Assembly (NCBI GenBank): GCA_050012475.1
Contig: JBEKHC010000017.1
Location: 1 to 61,879 of the forward strand
Length of the DNA stretch: 61,879 nt
Direction of reading: 5' to 3'
Source of the DNA: Candidatus Velthaea sp.
Lineage (GTDB): Bacteria; Vulcanimicrobiota; Vulcanimicrobiia; Vulcanimicrobiales; Vulcanimicrobiaceae
This document shows, piece by piece, positions 10,222-19,895 of the stretch. Each line of letters starts with the position of its first letter. The first letter of the stretch is position 1. The translations under genes and the position numbers were made by a program. The notes under the pieces were generated by a model. The model made no database searches, was not told where the DNA came from, and saw only the letters and a program-made list of their open reading frames with translations.

Positions 10222-10362
10222 GGTACGCCTCCTGTGCTTACGCTAGTCGTAATTGGCGCCTTCGTCAACGCTGATTGACGCCGCACGCGTTGCCGGCTCG
10301 CGCGGGCAGCGTCGTCGCCGGCAAGTCGCCTGTTCACGCATTACCCCAAGCGCTTCGCGTGA

Positions 10363-10562
10363 CCCGCTGCCAGGGATGGTTTGCTTTCGTCCTGGCGAGG
10401 AGCATAGCGGCGAAGTTTGCTTCAGCAAATGAGCCGCGTAGCGACGCCGCCCGCTGCTAGGGATTGTTTGCTTTCGTCCTGACGAGGAGCATAGCGGCGA
10501 AGTTTGCTTCAGCAGATGAGCCGCGTAGCGACGAAGTCCAGAGCGAAAGCAAACCATCCCTA
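10363..10562. repeat. MITE/REP-like structured repeat, tandem copies A (10363-10446) and B (10450-10562)
   Basis: 87-bp period near-identical duplication; copy B bounded by about 19-bp inverted repeats TAGGGATTGTTTGCTTTCG ... CGAAAGCAAACCATCCCTA. Confidence 0.9.
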
Positions 10563-11330
10563 ATGGACGGTTGCGCCGCCGTCGATGCGCAGCACCAAAC
10601 CGTTCACCATCGCCGCGTCGTCGGACGCGAGATAGAGCACCGCCGCGGCGACTTCGCTGGGTTCGGCGAACCGGCCGACGGGAATCCGCGCGCGCATCGG
10701 ATCGCCTTTGGCCGGATCGCTCCAGACCGCTTTGCCCAATTCGGTGTTGACCACGGTGGGAGCGACGGCGTTCGTGGTGATTCCGTACGGACCCCATTCC
10801 AAGGCGAGCACTTGCGTGATCCCATTGATGCCGGCTTTGCTCGCCATGTACGCCACGTGACCCGGCAGCGCGATGAGTCCGGCCTGCGACGAGATATTGA
10901 TGATCCGGCCGAATTTGCGCGCGATCATGCCGGGTGCGACGGCCTGCGCGCACATGAACGAGCCGGTCAGATTGACGTCGAGCGTTTTACGCCAGCTCGC
11001 GAGTTTCGTTTCCAGCGCGGGTTCGATGATCGCGATGCCCGCGCTATTGACCAAAACGTCGACGCCGCCCAGTTCGCGCTCGGCCAGTGCGACGATCGCG
11101 GCCACGTCGTCGGACTTGGTGACGTCGCCGATGTGGGAAACATAGCGCCGGCCCAATCCACGCACGTCCCGTCCCAGGGCTTCCAGGTCGCCTTCAAGCG
11201 AGAAAGCGATGATGTCGGCGCCGGCCTGTGCCGCGCGCGCAGCGACCTCGCGGCCGATGCCCGCCCCCGCGCCGGTCACCATGACCCGGCGCCCTTCGAG
11301 AAGTGGCTTGTTCGTTGAAGTTGCGCTCAC
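10560..11330 (-). CDS. SDR oxidoreductase, GolD/DthD (threitol/polyol dehydrogenase)-like
   Basis: TGAGAGIG, NSAG, YMASKAG, LALEWGPYGITTNAVAPTVVNTELGK, IDGG; probable GTG start at 11330. Confidence 0.8.
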   Translation of the reverse strand: MSATSTNKPLLEGRRVMVTGAGAGIGREVAARAAQAGADIIAFSLEGDLEALGRDVRGLGRRYVSHIGDVTKSDDVAAIVALAERELGGVDVLVNSAGIAIIEPALETKLASWRKTLDVNLTGSFMCAQAVAPGMIARKFGRIINISSQAGLIALPGHVAYMASKAGINGITQVLALEWGPYGITTNAVAPTVVNTELGKAVWSDPAKGDPMRARIPVGRFAEPSEVAAAVLYLASDDAAMVNGLVLRIDGGATVH

Positions 11331-11450
11331 GCGAGCTAATTCACGCTGCAGCGCGCCGAGCCTTTGGGAACTTGGTCGCGAGGCCCGAGCCGGAATGACG
11401 AGAAACGCAAAGCGAGAAAGGTGGGATGCCATGCCGCGCTTCAGGTCTCG

Positions 11451-12980
11451 ATGACGGACGCCATTCCGCACGGTGTCGACATGCGCGGCATCGTCAAGAG
11501 CTTCAGCGGCGTGACGGTTCTGGACGGGGTCAACTTCACGTTGCGCCCGGGCGTCGTGCATGCGCTCGCCGGAGAAAACGGGGCCGGCAAGTCGACCCTG
11601 CTCAAGATTCTCGCCGGCCTGTATCGTCAAGATAGCGGGACGTTGTGGATCGACGGCAAGGCCGCGGTCTTCGCGTCGCCGCGCGATGCGTTGCGTGCGG
11701 GCATCTCGATGATCCATCAAGAGCTCACGCCGCTGCGCGACATGACCGTGTACGAGAATCTCTTTCTGGGCATCGAGAAGATGCGCGGCCCTTTCGTCGA
11801 CGTCGGCGGGATGGTTGCCGCGGCGCGAACGATGCTGGCCGAACTCGATCTCGACGTCGATCCGCGCATGCCCGCGCGCGACCTGAGCACCGCGCAATTG
11901 CAGTTGCTCGAAGTGGTGAAGGCCGTCGCCGTGCGCAGCGTGTCGGTCGTGCTCATGGACGAGCCGACGTCATCGCTCAACGTCCAGGAAACGGGCCGGT
12001 TGTACGCCTTGGTTCGCCGCCTGCGCGAACGCGGCGTCGCGGTCGCGTTCACCACGCATAAGATGGAAGAGCTCTACGCCATGGCCGACGAGGTCAGCGT
12101 GCTGCGCGACGGGAAGCTCGTCGCCACTGAGCCGGCAGCGGAACTGGACGAAGGGCGGCTCATCCGGTTGATGGTCGGACGCGAACTGTCCGGCATGTTC
12201 GCCGTCGATCGTACCGCCAGTTCGATCCGCGCCGACGAGCGCCCGGCGCTGGCCGTCGAGAAGCTGGGCCGCGACGGTGAATTCGACGACGTCACGTTGG
12301 CGGTGCACCCGGGCGAGATCATCGGACTCGCGGGTCTCTTGGGCTCGGGGCGCAACGAATTGCTCGAAACCGTGTTCGGGTTGCGCAAGGCCCAGCGCGG
12401 AACGATCGCCGTCGCCGGCGCATCCGTCCACCCGGGTTCGCCGCGCGGTGCGATCCGCCACCGCGTGGCGTTCGTGGGCGAAGATCGCAAGCGCAGCGGC
12501 ATCGTGCCCGATTTGGGCGTCGGCGAGAACCTCTCGCTGCGCGCGCTGCAGCGCTTTTCGCCCGGCGGCTTCATCGATTCACGAACCGAGCAAAGCGCGG
12601 CGCGCGAAGTGGTCGCGGACCTTGCCATCAAGATTTCCTCGCTCGATCAACCGGTGCGAACGCTCAGCGGCGGAAACCAACAGAAGGCCGTGGTCGGGAA
12701 ATGGCTGCTGGCCCGGCCGGCGCCGCTGATCTATCTGCTCGTCGAACCCACGCGCGGGGTCGACGTCGGCGCCAAAGCGCAGATCTACGAACTCTTACGT
12801 CGGCTCGCGCGCGAGGGCGCGGCCGTCCTGTTCGTCTCCGGCGAACTCCCGGAGCTCATGACCCTCAGCGATCGCGTAATCGTCATGCGCGGCGGGCGCA
12901 TCGCCGGCGAAGTCGCGCGCGCGCACTTTTCGCAAGAAGGAATCATGCAATTGGCCGCAGCCGGAAGCAGCGTCGCGTAG
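11451..12980 (+). CDS. Monosaccharide/polyol ABC transporter ATP-binding protein (RbsA-like)
   Basis: GENGAGKST, DEPTSSL, LSGGNQQK, EPTRGVDVGAK; two ABC domains. Confidence 0.92.
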   Translation: MTDAIPHGVDMRGIVKSFSGVTVLDGVNFTLRPGVVHALAGENGAGKSTLLKILAGLYRQDSGTLWIDGKAAVFASPRDALRAGISMIHQELTPLRDMTVYENLFLGIEKMRGPFVDVGGMVAAARTMLAELDLDVDPRMPARDLSTAQLQLLEVVKAVAVRSVSVVLMDEPTSSLNVQETGRLYALVRRLRERGVAVAFTTHKMEELYAMADEVSVLRDGKLVATEPAAELDEGRLIRLMVGRELSGMFAVDRTASSIRADERPALAVEKLGRDGEFDDVTLAVHPGEIIGLAGLLGSGRNELLETVFGLRKAQRGTIAVAGASVHPGSPRGAIRHRVAFVGEDRKRSGIVPDLGVGENLSLRALQRFSPGGFIDSRTEQSAAREVVADLAIKISSLDQPVRTLSGGNQQKAVVGKWLLARPAPLIYLLVEPTRGVDVGAKAQIYELLRRLAREGAAVLFVSGELPELMTLSDRVIVMRGGRIAGEVARAHFSQEGIMQLAAAGSSVA

Positions 12981-13918
12981 TGCGCCTGAGCGTCCTTGTC
13001 AATCGCTACGCGATCGGGATCGTTCTGATCATCTTCATCGCGCTGCTCGAGATTTTGGTGCCCAGCTTCCGCAGCGTCGGCAACGTGCAGAACATCCTGC
13101 TGCAGACGTCGATCAACTCGCTGCTCGCCGTCGGAGCAACCCTGGTCATTCTTACCGGCGGCATCGACCTGTCAGTGGGCAGTATTTTGGGCTTTGCCGG
13201 CATCGTCGCGGCATTGCTGGGCAAAACCGCCGGCGTGGAAAATTTCCTGGTCGCGTTAGCCGCGGGTGTGGGCACCGGGCTGCTGCTGGGTGCGGTGAAC
13301 GGGTCGCTCGTCGCCTTCGTGCGCATCCCGCCTTTCGTGGTGACGCTGGGAATGATGTCGATTGCGCGCAGCCTCGCGTTCGTCTTCAGTCAGGGCCAGC
13401 CGATCTCCGATCTCTCCGACGAGTTCCTAGCCATCGGTCAAGGGTCACTCTTCAACGTTCCGTACCCGATCCTGATCAGCATCGCGACGTTCGTGATCTT
13501 CGGCGTCTTGCTGGCGCGCACGCGTTTCGGCCGCTATATCTATGCCGTCGGCGGCAACGAGGAAGCTGCGCTCGTTTCGGGCGTCGACACGCGCGCCATC
13601 AAACTCGCAGTCTATTCGCTGAGCGGATTGTTGGCGGGCTTGGGCGGCGTCGTGCTGTCCGCGCGCGCAACCGCCGGTATCTCGACCAACGGCGAAGGTT
13701 ACGAGCTCACCGCGATCGCGGCCGCCGTCATCGGCGGAACGAGCTTGAGCGGCGGCCGCGGTTCGCTGCTCGGAACGCTGGCCGGGGTGCTCATCATCGG
13801 CATCATGGTGAACAGCCTCGATTTGCTCAACATCTCGCCGTTCTATCAAGGACTCATTCAAGGCACGATCATCATCGGCGCCGTCGCGATTGACGCCCTC
13901 GCCAACCGCCGCCGCTAG
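12980..13918 (+). CDS. Sugar ABC transporter permease (RbsC-like)
   Basis: GGIDLSVGS, TRFGRYIYAVGGNEEAA, YELTAIAAAVIGGTSL; GTG start overlapping the previous stop. Confidence 0.92.
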   Translation: MRLSVLVNRYAIGIVLIIFIALLEILVPSFRSVGNVQNILLQTSINSLLAVGATLVILTGGIDLSVGSILGFAGIVAALLGKTAGVENFLVALAAGVGTGLLLGAVNGSLVAFVRIPPFVVTLGMMSIARSLAFVFSQGQPISDLSDEFLAIGQGSLFNVPYPILISIATFVIFGVLLARTRFGRYIYAVGGNEEAALVSGVDTRAIKLAVYSLSGLLAGLGGVVLSARATAGISTNGEGYELTAIAAAVIGGTSLSGGRGSLLGTLAGVLIIGIMVNSLDLLNISPFYQGLIQGTIIIGAVAIDALANRRR

Positions 13919-13937
13919 GCTCCTCGCCAGGACGAAA
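13919..13937 (-). repeat. Fragment of the 10.4 kb repeat family
   Basis: GCTCCTCGCCAGGACGAAA is the exact reverse complement of TTTCGTCCTGGCGAGGAGC in copy A; it lies directly after the permease stop. Confidence 0.6.
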
Positions 13938-13945
13938 TCTGACCA

Positions 13946-15472
13946 TCAAGAGCAGTCTTTGGTTTTGAAGGCGCGGATCTGCGCGAAGACCGCTGCGTTT
14001 GCCGCGTAGAGCGAACCCTGGAGCGCCATGAGTTCCGCGTAGCGCGCGGCATTGGCCGGGTTGGGTTCGACGGTGGTCGTTTGGGCGCTCATCGCGGCCG
14101 CCGCGTCTTCGATCGTGGCGAACCAGCCGGCGCCGTATGCGGCGAGCATCCCCGCACCCAGCGCCGAAGCCTGCACCGTTTGGCAGATGCGCGCCGGACG
14201 TTCCGTCGCGTCGGCAACCATTTGCACCCAGAGCGGGCTGCGCGCGCCGCCGCCGATGACGACGAGTTCGTCGATCGCGATGCCTTCGGCTTCCATCACG
14301 CTTGCCGCGCGCGCGCTTTCGAGCGTGAGCCCTTCGAGAATCGAACGGTAGACGTGGGCCGCGCCGTGCGAGCCGGTGAAGCCGATGAGGCAGCCGCGCG
14401 CATCGGGATCCCAGTGCGGGTTCATGCACCCCGACCAGTATGGGAGGGTCAGCAATCCGTCCGAGCCGATCGGCAGCGCGCGCGCCGCGGACTCCAGCAT
14501 CTCGAAGATGTCCTGCCCGGCCGCGGCGGTCACGAAGTGCGTTCGAAACCAATTCATGAGAAAGACGCCGCTGCGCTGCACGGTCTCGAGCACGTAGCCG
14601 CGGCCGCTCGCCGAGATGAGCGTCCGCCAATGCGGCGTGCACGCGCACGTTGCCGACCAGACGCCTGAAACGATCGCGGTGCCGAGGTTGAGATAGGCGC
14701 GTCCGGGCAGCACGCAGTTCGTGCCGAGCCCCGCGCACTGTCCGTCGCCGCCGCCGGCGATGATCGGCGTGCCGGGGCGCAGTCCCGTTTGCGCGGCTGC
14801 CGCAGGGAGCGTCTCGCCGAGTTTCGTTCCGGGCGCATAGCTGCGCGGAAAGCGCGAGACATCCAGATCGAGTTTGGCCAGAATCGGTTCCGACCACGCG
14901 CGCGCTTCGATGTCGAAGACGCCCGAGGGATCGCTGCTGGCCCAACTCGTGGCGAACTCGCCGGTGAGTCCGTGAACGAGAAAGGCTTGCGCTTCGGTAA
15001 AGGTGACGGTGCGCGCGAAGAGCTCCGGTTCGTGGTCGCGCATCCATGCCAGCCGGGAGATGGTCGGCGTCAGATCGATGGGCTTGCCGGTCAGCTGGTG
15101 CAATCGCCGGGCGCCGAACCACTCGGCAAGCAGCGGCAGGTAGGGGCGCCCGCGTTCGTCGAGCCACAGCATCGCCGGGCGCAGTGCGGCTCCCGTCGCA
15201 TCGAGCGGCGCCATCGTTTCACGCTGATTGGCGATCGCCAGCGCCGCAACGCGGCGCGCGTCGACTTGAGCGAAGAGCGTCTGCAGTGCGGTGACGAACG
15301 AGCCCCACCAGTCGCGCGGATCTTGCTCGTACCGGTCGTTGCCCAGCGACGCCATGGCGATCGGTGCGGCGCTTTCGGCGACGATGGCACCGGCGGCGTT
15401 CCAGGCGATTACTTTGGTCGACTGGGTCGAACTGTCGACGCCGATGACCAGATCGCGATCCATCGAACTCAC
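13946..15472 (-). CDS. FGGY-family carbohydrate kinase (xylulokinase-like)
   Basis: IGVDSSTQSTK, NQRET, WLDER, GGGDGQC, LNLGT, GGGARS. Confidence 0.9.
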   Translation of the reverse strand: MSSMDRDLVIGVDSSTQSTKVIAWNAAGAIVAESAAPIAMASLGNDRYEQDPRDWWGSFVTALQTLFAQVDARRVAALAIANQRETMAPLDATGAALRPAMLWLDERGRPYLPLLAEWFGARRLHQLTGKPIDLTPTISRLAWMRDHEPELFARTVTFTEAQAFLVHGLTGEFATSWASSDPSGVFDIEARAWSEPILAKLDLDVSRFPRSYAPGTKLGETLPAAAAQTGLRPGTPIIAGGGDGQCAGLGTNCVLPGRAYLNLGTAIVSGVWSATCACTPHWRTLISASGRGYVLETVQRSGVFLMNWFRTHFVTAAAGQDIFEMLESAARALPIGSDGLLTLPYWSGCMNPHWDPDARGCLIGFTGSHGAAHVYRSILEGLTLESARAASVMEAEGIAIDELVVIGGGARSPLWVQMVADATERPARICQTVQASALGAGMLAAYGAGWFATIEDAAAAMSAQTTTVEPNPANAARYAELMALQGSLYAANAAVFAQIRAFKTKDCS

Positions 15473-15489
15473 CGCGCCCGCGTTGTCAC

Positions 15490-16458
15490 TCAGGCACCGG
15501 CAAGCAGCGCTTGCGCGGTCAATTCATCGGTCACGAAAATCGTCGCGTAGCCGCCGTCCAGCGCGGATCGCAGCGCTTCCACTTTTGCCACGCCGCCCGC
15601 GACGCACAGCCGCTGGGGAATCGCGCGCAGCTCCGGGAGCGTGAGTCCGATCATGCGGCCGTCCAACTCGCCGTTGACGGGCTTCCCGCGACGGTCGATG
15701 AAACGGCCCGCGATGATCGCACGCGCGCCTTTGGGCACGACGTCGATCGGCCGGCGGAGATGATTTCCGAACACAAAACCCACCGTTTCCCGATCGACGG
15801 CCGCAACGCCGAAGACCACGGCGTCGCTCTTGCGCAGCAGTTGGAATTGCGCTTCGAGCGTCGGTTCGCGCATCAGAATTGCCTTGACCTTCGCATTCGA
15901 GGTCAGCCCCGGCGCGTGCAGATTCACGCACCGGCCGCCTAACCGGCTGGCAATATTCGTGGTGCACAGTTCGGGCGAAAACGCGTAGGTCGCCATCATG
16001 CTGCCGGCGATCTGCACCACGGAGAGGTCGCGCGTTTTGAGCGTCGGCAGCGCGGCCGACAGCGCGAGGACGGTACGGCCCCAGGCAACGCCGAGCGTCA
16101 GGTCGGGGCGCACGAGTGAAACGAGCACGCGCGCTCCGGCCACCCCGATGCGTTCGGCGGGATCCGCGCCGGTGCGATCGTCCGGAATGACGAGGCATCC
16201 GTGCAGCCCGTAACGCTCCTTGAGCATGCGCGCGCTGCCGACGGGCTCGCGAATGTTGGGTGCGACCGAAATCTGCACGATTCCGCGCGTTCGCGCCTCC
16301 TGCAGATAGTTGACGACCGTGGCCCGGGATACCCCGAGCAGCTCGGCGACGGCGCCCTGATTCAAGTCGTCTTCATAATAGTACCAAGCGGCAGCGAGCA
16401 CCGGATCGAAGGCAAACTCGAACGGCACGGGAGTCTGGCGGTCGGAGACACGACCCAT
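15490..16458 (-). CDS. SorC/DeoR sugar-binding transcriptional regulator
   Basis: AAWYYYEDDLNQGAVAELLGVSRATV HTH, GVAWGRT, VAGGVAK, VTDE; probable ATG start at 16458. Confidence 0.88.
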   Translation of the reverse strand: MGRVSDRQTPVPFEFAFDPVLAAAWYYYEDDLNQGAVAELLGVSRATVVNYLQEARTRGIVQISVAPNIREPVGSARMLKERYGLHGCLVIPDDRTGADPAERIGVAGARVLVSLVRPDLTLGVAWGRTVLALSAALPTLKTRDLSVVQIAGSMMATYAFSPELCTTNIASRLGGRCVNLHAPGLTSNAKVKAILMREPTLEAQFQLLRKSDAVVFGVAAVDRETVGFVFGNHLRRPIDVVPKGARAIIAGRFIDRRGKPVNGELDGRMIGLTLPELRAIPQRLCVAGGVAKVEALRSALDGGYATIFVTDELTAQALLAGA

Positions 16459-16573
16459 CGTAAAGAAGATTTTTCCGGAAAATCGAAGAAAGGTCAACTC
16501 CGCCTGACAATTGTCAGCTTTTTGCCGTCGGCTGAACCGGGCGGACATCGCCCGCAAGGAGCCCGCAATCTCC

Positions 16574-17911
16574 ATGAACTCCGGCGAACGCGATAATCAC
16601 CCGGACTGGAACGAACGCATCGCCGAGATCGTGGCCGGCACGTGGTGCGATCCGGAGTCGGGCGAGCGTTTTCGCGTTCCCTACAAGTCGATCGTGATCG
16701 CCGACGATCTGCGCGGGCGCGAAGCCGAGCTCATCGCTTCGCTCGAACTCGGGCGCACGCTGGCCGTCGTGTCGGATTCCGCGACGCACCGCGTGCTGGG
16801 CGCGCGCGTCGAGGCAGCGCTGGCCGGTACCGCCGAGATCCGGTCGGTCGTGCTCGATCGTCCGCACGCCGATGAGGCGACGCTGGCCGTCGTCGCGGAG
16901 CGGACGCGCGGCGTCGACGCGGTCGTCGCCGTCGGCTCGGGCACGATCAACGACGTCTGCAAGCTCGTGACGTTTTCCGATGGCCGGCCCTATGCGGTGT
17001 TCGCGACGGCGCCGTCGATGAACGGGTACACGTCGACGACCGCGTCGATCACGTCGGCTGCCGGACTCAAAACTTCGCTGCCGGCGCATGCGCCGCTGGG
17101 CGTCTTCATCGATCTGGCGGTGAACGCGTCGGCCCCGGCCTACCTTCGGGCTTCGGGGTTAGGCGATTCACTGTGCCGTTCGACGGCGCAAGTGGATTGG
17201 TGGCTCTCGCATCGTCTGTTCGGCACGCGCTATACCTCGCTGCCGTTCCGGCTGCAAGTTCCGGACGAAACGCTCATGCTCGAGCACGCGGCGGGGCTCG
17301 CCGCCGGTGACGTGCCGGCCGTCGCCTATCTGCACCGCGTGCTCGTCCTCGTCGGGCTGGGCGTCTCATTCGTGGGGACCACCCATCACGGCTCGATGGG
17401 CGAACATCAAATCTCTCACTACATCGACTGTTTCGCCGGCGCGCGTCATCCGGGCACACGTCACGGTCAACAAGTCGGCGTCGCGTCGTTGACGATGGCG
17501 CGCCTGCAGCGCGCGCTCTTCACGCGGACCGAGCCGCCGCTGCTGCGGCCGACGCAGATCGACGAACCGGACATGGTTCGGCGCTGCGGGTCCGAGAACG
17601 CCCAACAATGCCTCATCGAGTGGCAGAAGAAAGCGCTGACCGCGCAATCGGCGGCGGAGTTGAACGATAAGCTGCGCCGCATCTGGCCCGAATTGCGCGC
17701 GGAGTGCCTGGGCTTTGCGCTCCCCGTCGAGCGCATGCAGTGGGCGCTGCACGGCGCCGGCGGTCCAACGTCGGCCCAGGAGCTGGGACTGGACCCCGAA
17801 TTCTACCGCGAGGCGGTCGTTCACGCACGCGAGATGCGCAATCGCTATTCGGTCCTCGATCTGCTCGGAGATGCGGGAACGCTCGAGGCCGACCTTGCCT
17901 CCGCCGGCTGA
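16574..17911 (+). CDS. sn-glycerol-1-phosphate dehydrogenase-like (AraM/EgsA family) dehydrogenase
   Basis: AVGSGTINDVCK, TAPSMNGYTS, SGLGD, SMGEHQISH, HGQQVG. Confidence 0.82.
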   Translation: MNSGERDNHPDWNERIAEIVAGTWCDPESGERFRVPYKSIVIADDLRGREAELIASLELGRTLAVVSDSATHRVLGARVEAALAGTAEIRSVVLDRPHADEATLAVVAERTRGVDAVVAVGSGTINDVCKLVTFSDGRPYAVFATAPSMNGYTSTTASITSAAGLKTSLPAHAPLGVFIDLAVNASAPAYLRASGLGDSLCRSTAQVDWWLSHRLFGTRYTSLPFRLQVPDETLMLEHAAGLAAGDVPAVAYLHRVLVLVGLGVSFVGTTHHGSMGEHQISHYIDCFAGARHPGTRHGQQVGVASLTMARLQRALFTRTEPPLLRPTQIDEPDMVRRCGSENAQQCLIEWQKKALTAQSAAELNDKLRRIWPELRAECLGFALPVERMQWALHGAGGPTSAQELGLDPEFYREAVVHAREMRNRYSVLDLLGDAGTLEADLASAG

Positions 17912-17912
17912 A

Positions 17913-18719
17913 ATGCGCCCGATCGCCGAACTGCCGCCGGCGGCGCTGCGCGATTTGCTGCTGGTCTGCACCGACATCGACGATACGTTGACGACCGACG
18001 GCCGGCTGCCGGCGGAAGCTTATTCGGCGCTCGAATCATTGGCGGGGGCGGGGCTGGCGGTGGTCCCGATCACCGGCCGACCGGCGGGGTGGTGCGATAT
18101 GATCGCCCGGTTTTGGCCGGTGGCCGGAGTCGTCGGTGAGAACGGCGCGTTCTACTTCCACTACGATCGCGCCCGGCGGGCCATGAATCGTACGTTCGTG
18201 CGTCCCGCCGCCCAGCGCGCGGACGACAATCGCCGTCTCGACGTCTTGGCGAACGAGATCGTGCGCCGCGTTCCCGGGTGCGCGGTGGCGGCCGACCAGC
18301 GCTATCGCGAATCGGATCTCGCGATCGATTTCGCCGAGGACGTCCCCGCGTTGCCGCAGCCGGCGATCGACGAGATCGTCGCCATCTTCGAGGCTGCCGG
18401 TGCGACGGCAAAAATCTCGTCGATTCACGTCAACGGCTGGTTCGGCAGCTACGATAAGCTGTCGACGACCCGGCTCTTCGTGCGCGACGTCCTGGGCCAC
18501 GTTCTCGACGATATCCGCGGCCGGACGCTGTTCGTCGGCGACAGTCCCAACGACTCGCCCATGTTTGCCTATTTTCCCTTAGCGTGCGGGGTCGCGAACG
18601 TGGGCGACTTCGCCGGCTCGTTCTTTCGGCTCCCGGCCTATGTCGCTCATGAACGCGGCGGCCGCGGGTTCGTTCGGATCGCCCAGGCGATTCTCGGCGC
18701 CCGCAGCAGCGCGGCGTGA
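17913..18719 (+). CDS. HAD-superfamily subfamily IIB hydrolase
   Basis: TDIDDTLT, ITGR, ENGA, SSIHVN, DK, GDSPND. Confidence 0.85.
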   Translation: MRPIAELPPAALRDLLLVCTDIDDTLTTDGRLPAEAYSALESLAGAGLAVVPITGRPAGWCDMIARFWPVAGVVGENGAFYFHYDRARRAMNRTFVRPAAQRADDNRRLDVLANEIVRRVPGCAVAADQRYRESDLAIDFAEDVPALPQPAIDEIVAIFEAAGATAKISSIHVNGWFGSYDKLSTTRLFVRDVLGHVLDDIRGRTLFVGDSPNDSPMFAYFPLACGVANVGDFAGSFFRLPAYVAHERGGRGFVRIAQAILGARSSAA

Positions 18720-18781
18720 ACGCATGACATCGAGTGATACACAAGCACCATCTTCACGTTGAAAGAAGGCGAATCAAAGCA

Positions 18782-19804
18782 ATGAGAACTCATCGTCTGG
18801 TCAAATTCGCGAGCGCGTTCGCGCTCGTGCTCGCAACCAACGCCACCGGCGTCCCGGCGGCGACGAGCGAAAAACCGATCACGATCGGCATCACGGTGTA
18901 CGACATGTCGTCGTGGTGTTCGTGGGGCAAGCTCGGCGTCGATAAGATGGCCGCGGTCAACAGCGACAACATCTTGTGGACGAGCGCGAACAACGACGTC
19001 CCCACCCAACTTTCGCAGATCGACAGCTTCATCGGCAAGAAAGTCGATGCGATCATCATCGATCCCGTCAACTCATCGACGCTCGACGCCGAAGTCAAAA
19101 AAGCCAAGGCGGCCGGCATTCCGGTCTTCGCCGTCAACCAGTCGATCAAGAGCGGCGCGCTGGCCGGATACTTCGGGCCCGACGACGTTCAGGCGGGTTA
19201 CGACGAGATGGACTCGCTGGGCAAACTGCTGCACGGCAAGGGCAACATCGTCGTGACCGAAGGCCCGATCGGCGGTTCGGCGCAGATCGACCGCACCGAG
19301 GGCATCAACAAAGCGCTCAAAAAATATCCCGATATCAAAGTGCTCTCGATGCAGACCGCCAACTGGAAGCGCTCCGAAGCGCTGGCGCTCATGGAGAACT
19401 GGATCGCGCGGTACGGCTCGCAGATCAACGGGTTCGTTTCGGAAAACGACGACATGGCGATCGGCGGAATCACCGCCCTCAAAGCCAAAGGACTGGCGGG
19501 CAAAATTCCGGTCACCGCGATCGACGGCATCCAGGACGGCATGCGCTACGTCAAGACCGGCTACATCAACGTGACGTACTTGCAGAACGGTGCGCTCGAA
19601 TTCGGTGAAGGCGTCCAGCTCGTCGGCGACTACGTGCGCCATCACAAAGCGCTCAGCGGAAAACAGCTGATCATGCCGCGCGTCGACAAGGACAACGTCG
19701 AGAAGTACTACACGCAACTCTACGGCGATCCGGCCGCGTTCATTGCGAAGCTGCCCGACATCGTCACGGCCAATCTCAAGTCCGGAAATTTCGGCGGTCA
19801 GTAA
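18782..19804 (+). CDS. Sugar/polyol ABC transporter substrate-binding protein
   Basis: Signal peptide; periplasmic binding protein type I motifs (VDAIII, AGIPV, ANWKR, ENDDMAIG, IDG). Confidence 0.88.
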   Translation: MRTHRLVKFASAFALVLATNATGVPAATSEKPITIGITVYDMSSWCSWGKLGVDKMAAVNSDNILWTSANNDVPTQLSQIDSFIGKKVDAIIIDPVNSSTLDAEVKKAKAAGIPVFAVNQSIKSGALAGYFGPDDVQAGYDEMDSLGKLLHGKGNIVVTEGPIGGSAQIDRTEGINKALKKYPDIKVLSMQTANWKRSEALALMENWIARYGSQINGFVSENDDMAIGGITALKAKGLAGKIPVTAIDGIQDGMRYVKTGYINVTYLQNGALEFGEGVQLVGDYVRHHKALSGKQLIMPRVDKDNVEKYYTQLYGDPAAFIAKLPDIVTANLKSGNFGGQ

Positions 19805-19895
19805 GCGGCTGACGGGGACGTTCGGTCGGCGCCCGGTGGGCTTTCCGGCGCCGGCCGCCGCGCTGCGGTTGGGAAGCCGTGCGGGAACGGCCGGC

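Noticed and set aside
10363..10533. Possible CRISPR array
   Set aside because: Only two 87-bp units, no unique spacers, no cas genes
11331..11897. N-terminal 189 aa of the 445-aa SDR ORF
   Set aside because: Mostly antisense to the ABC ATPase; the SDR fold starts near 11330
12730..12780. Walker B variant LLVEPTRG in the second ABC domain
   Set aside because: One degenerate site is common in RbsA-type tandem ATPases, so it is not notable alone
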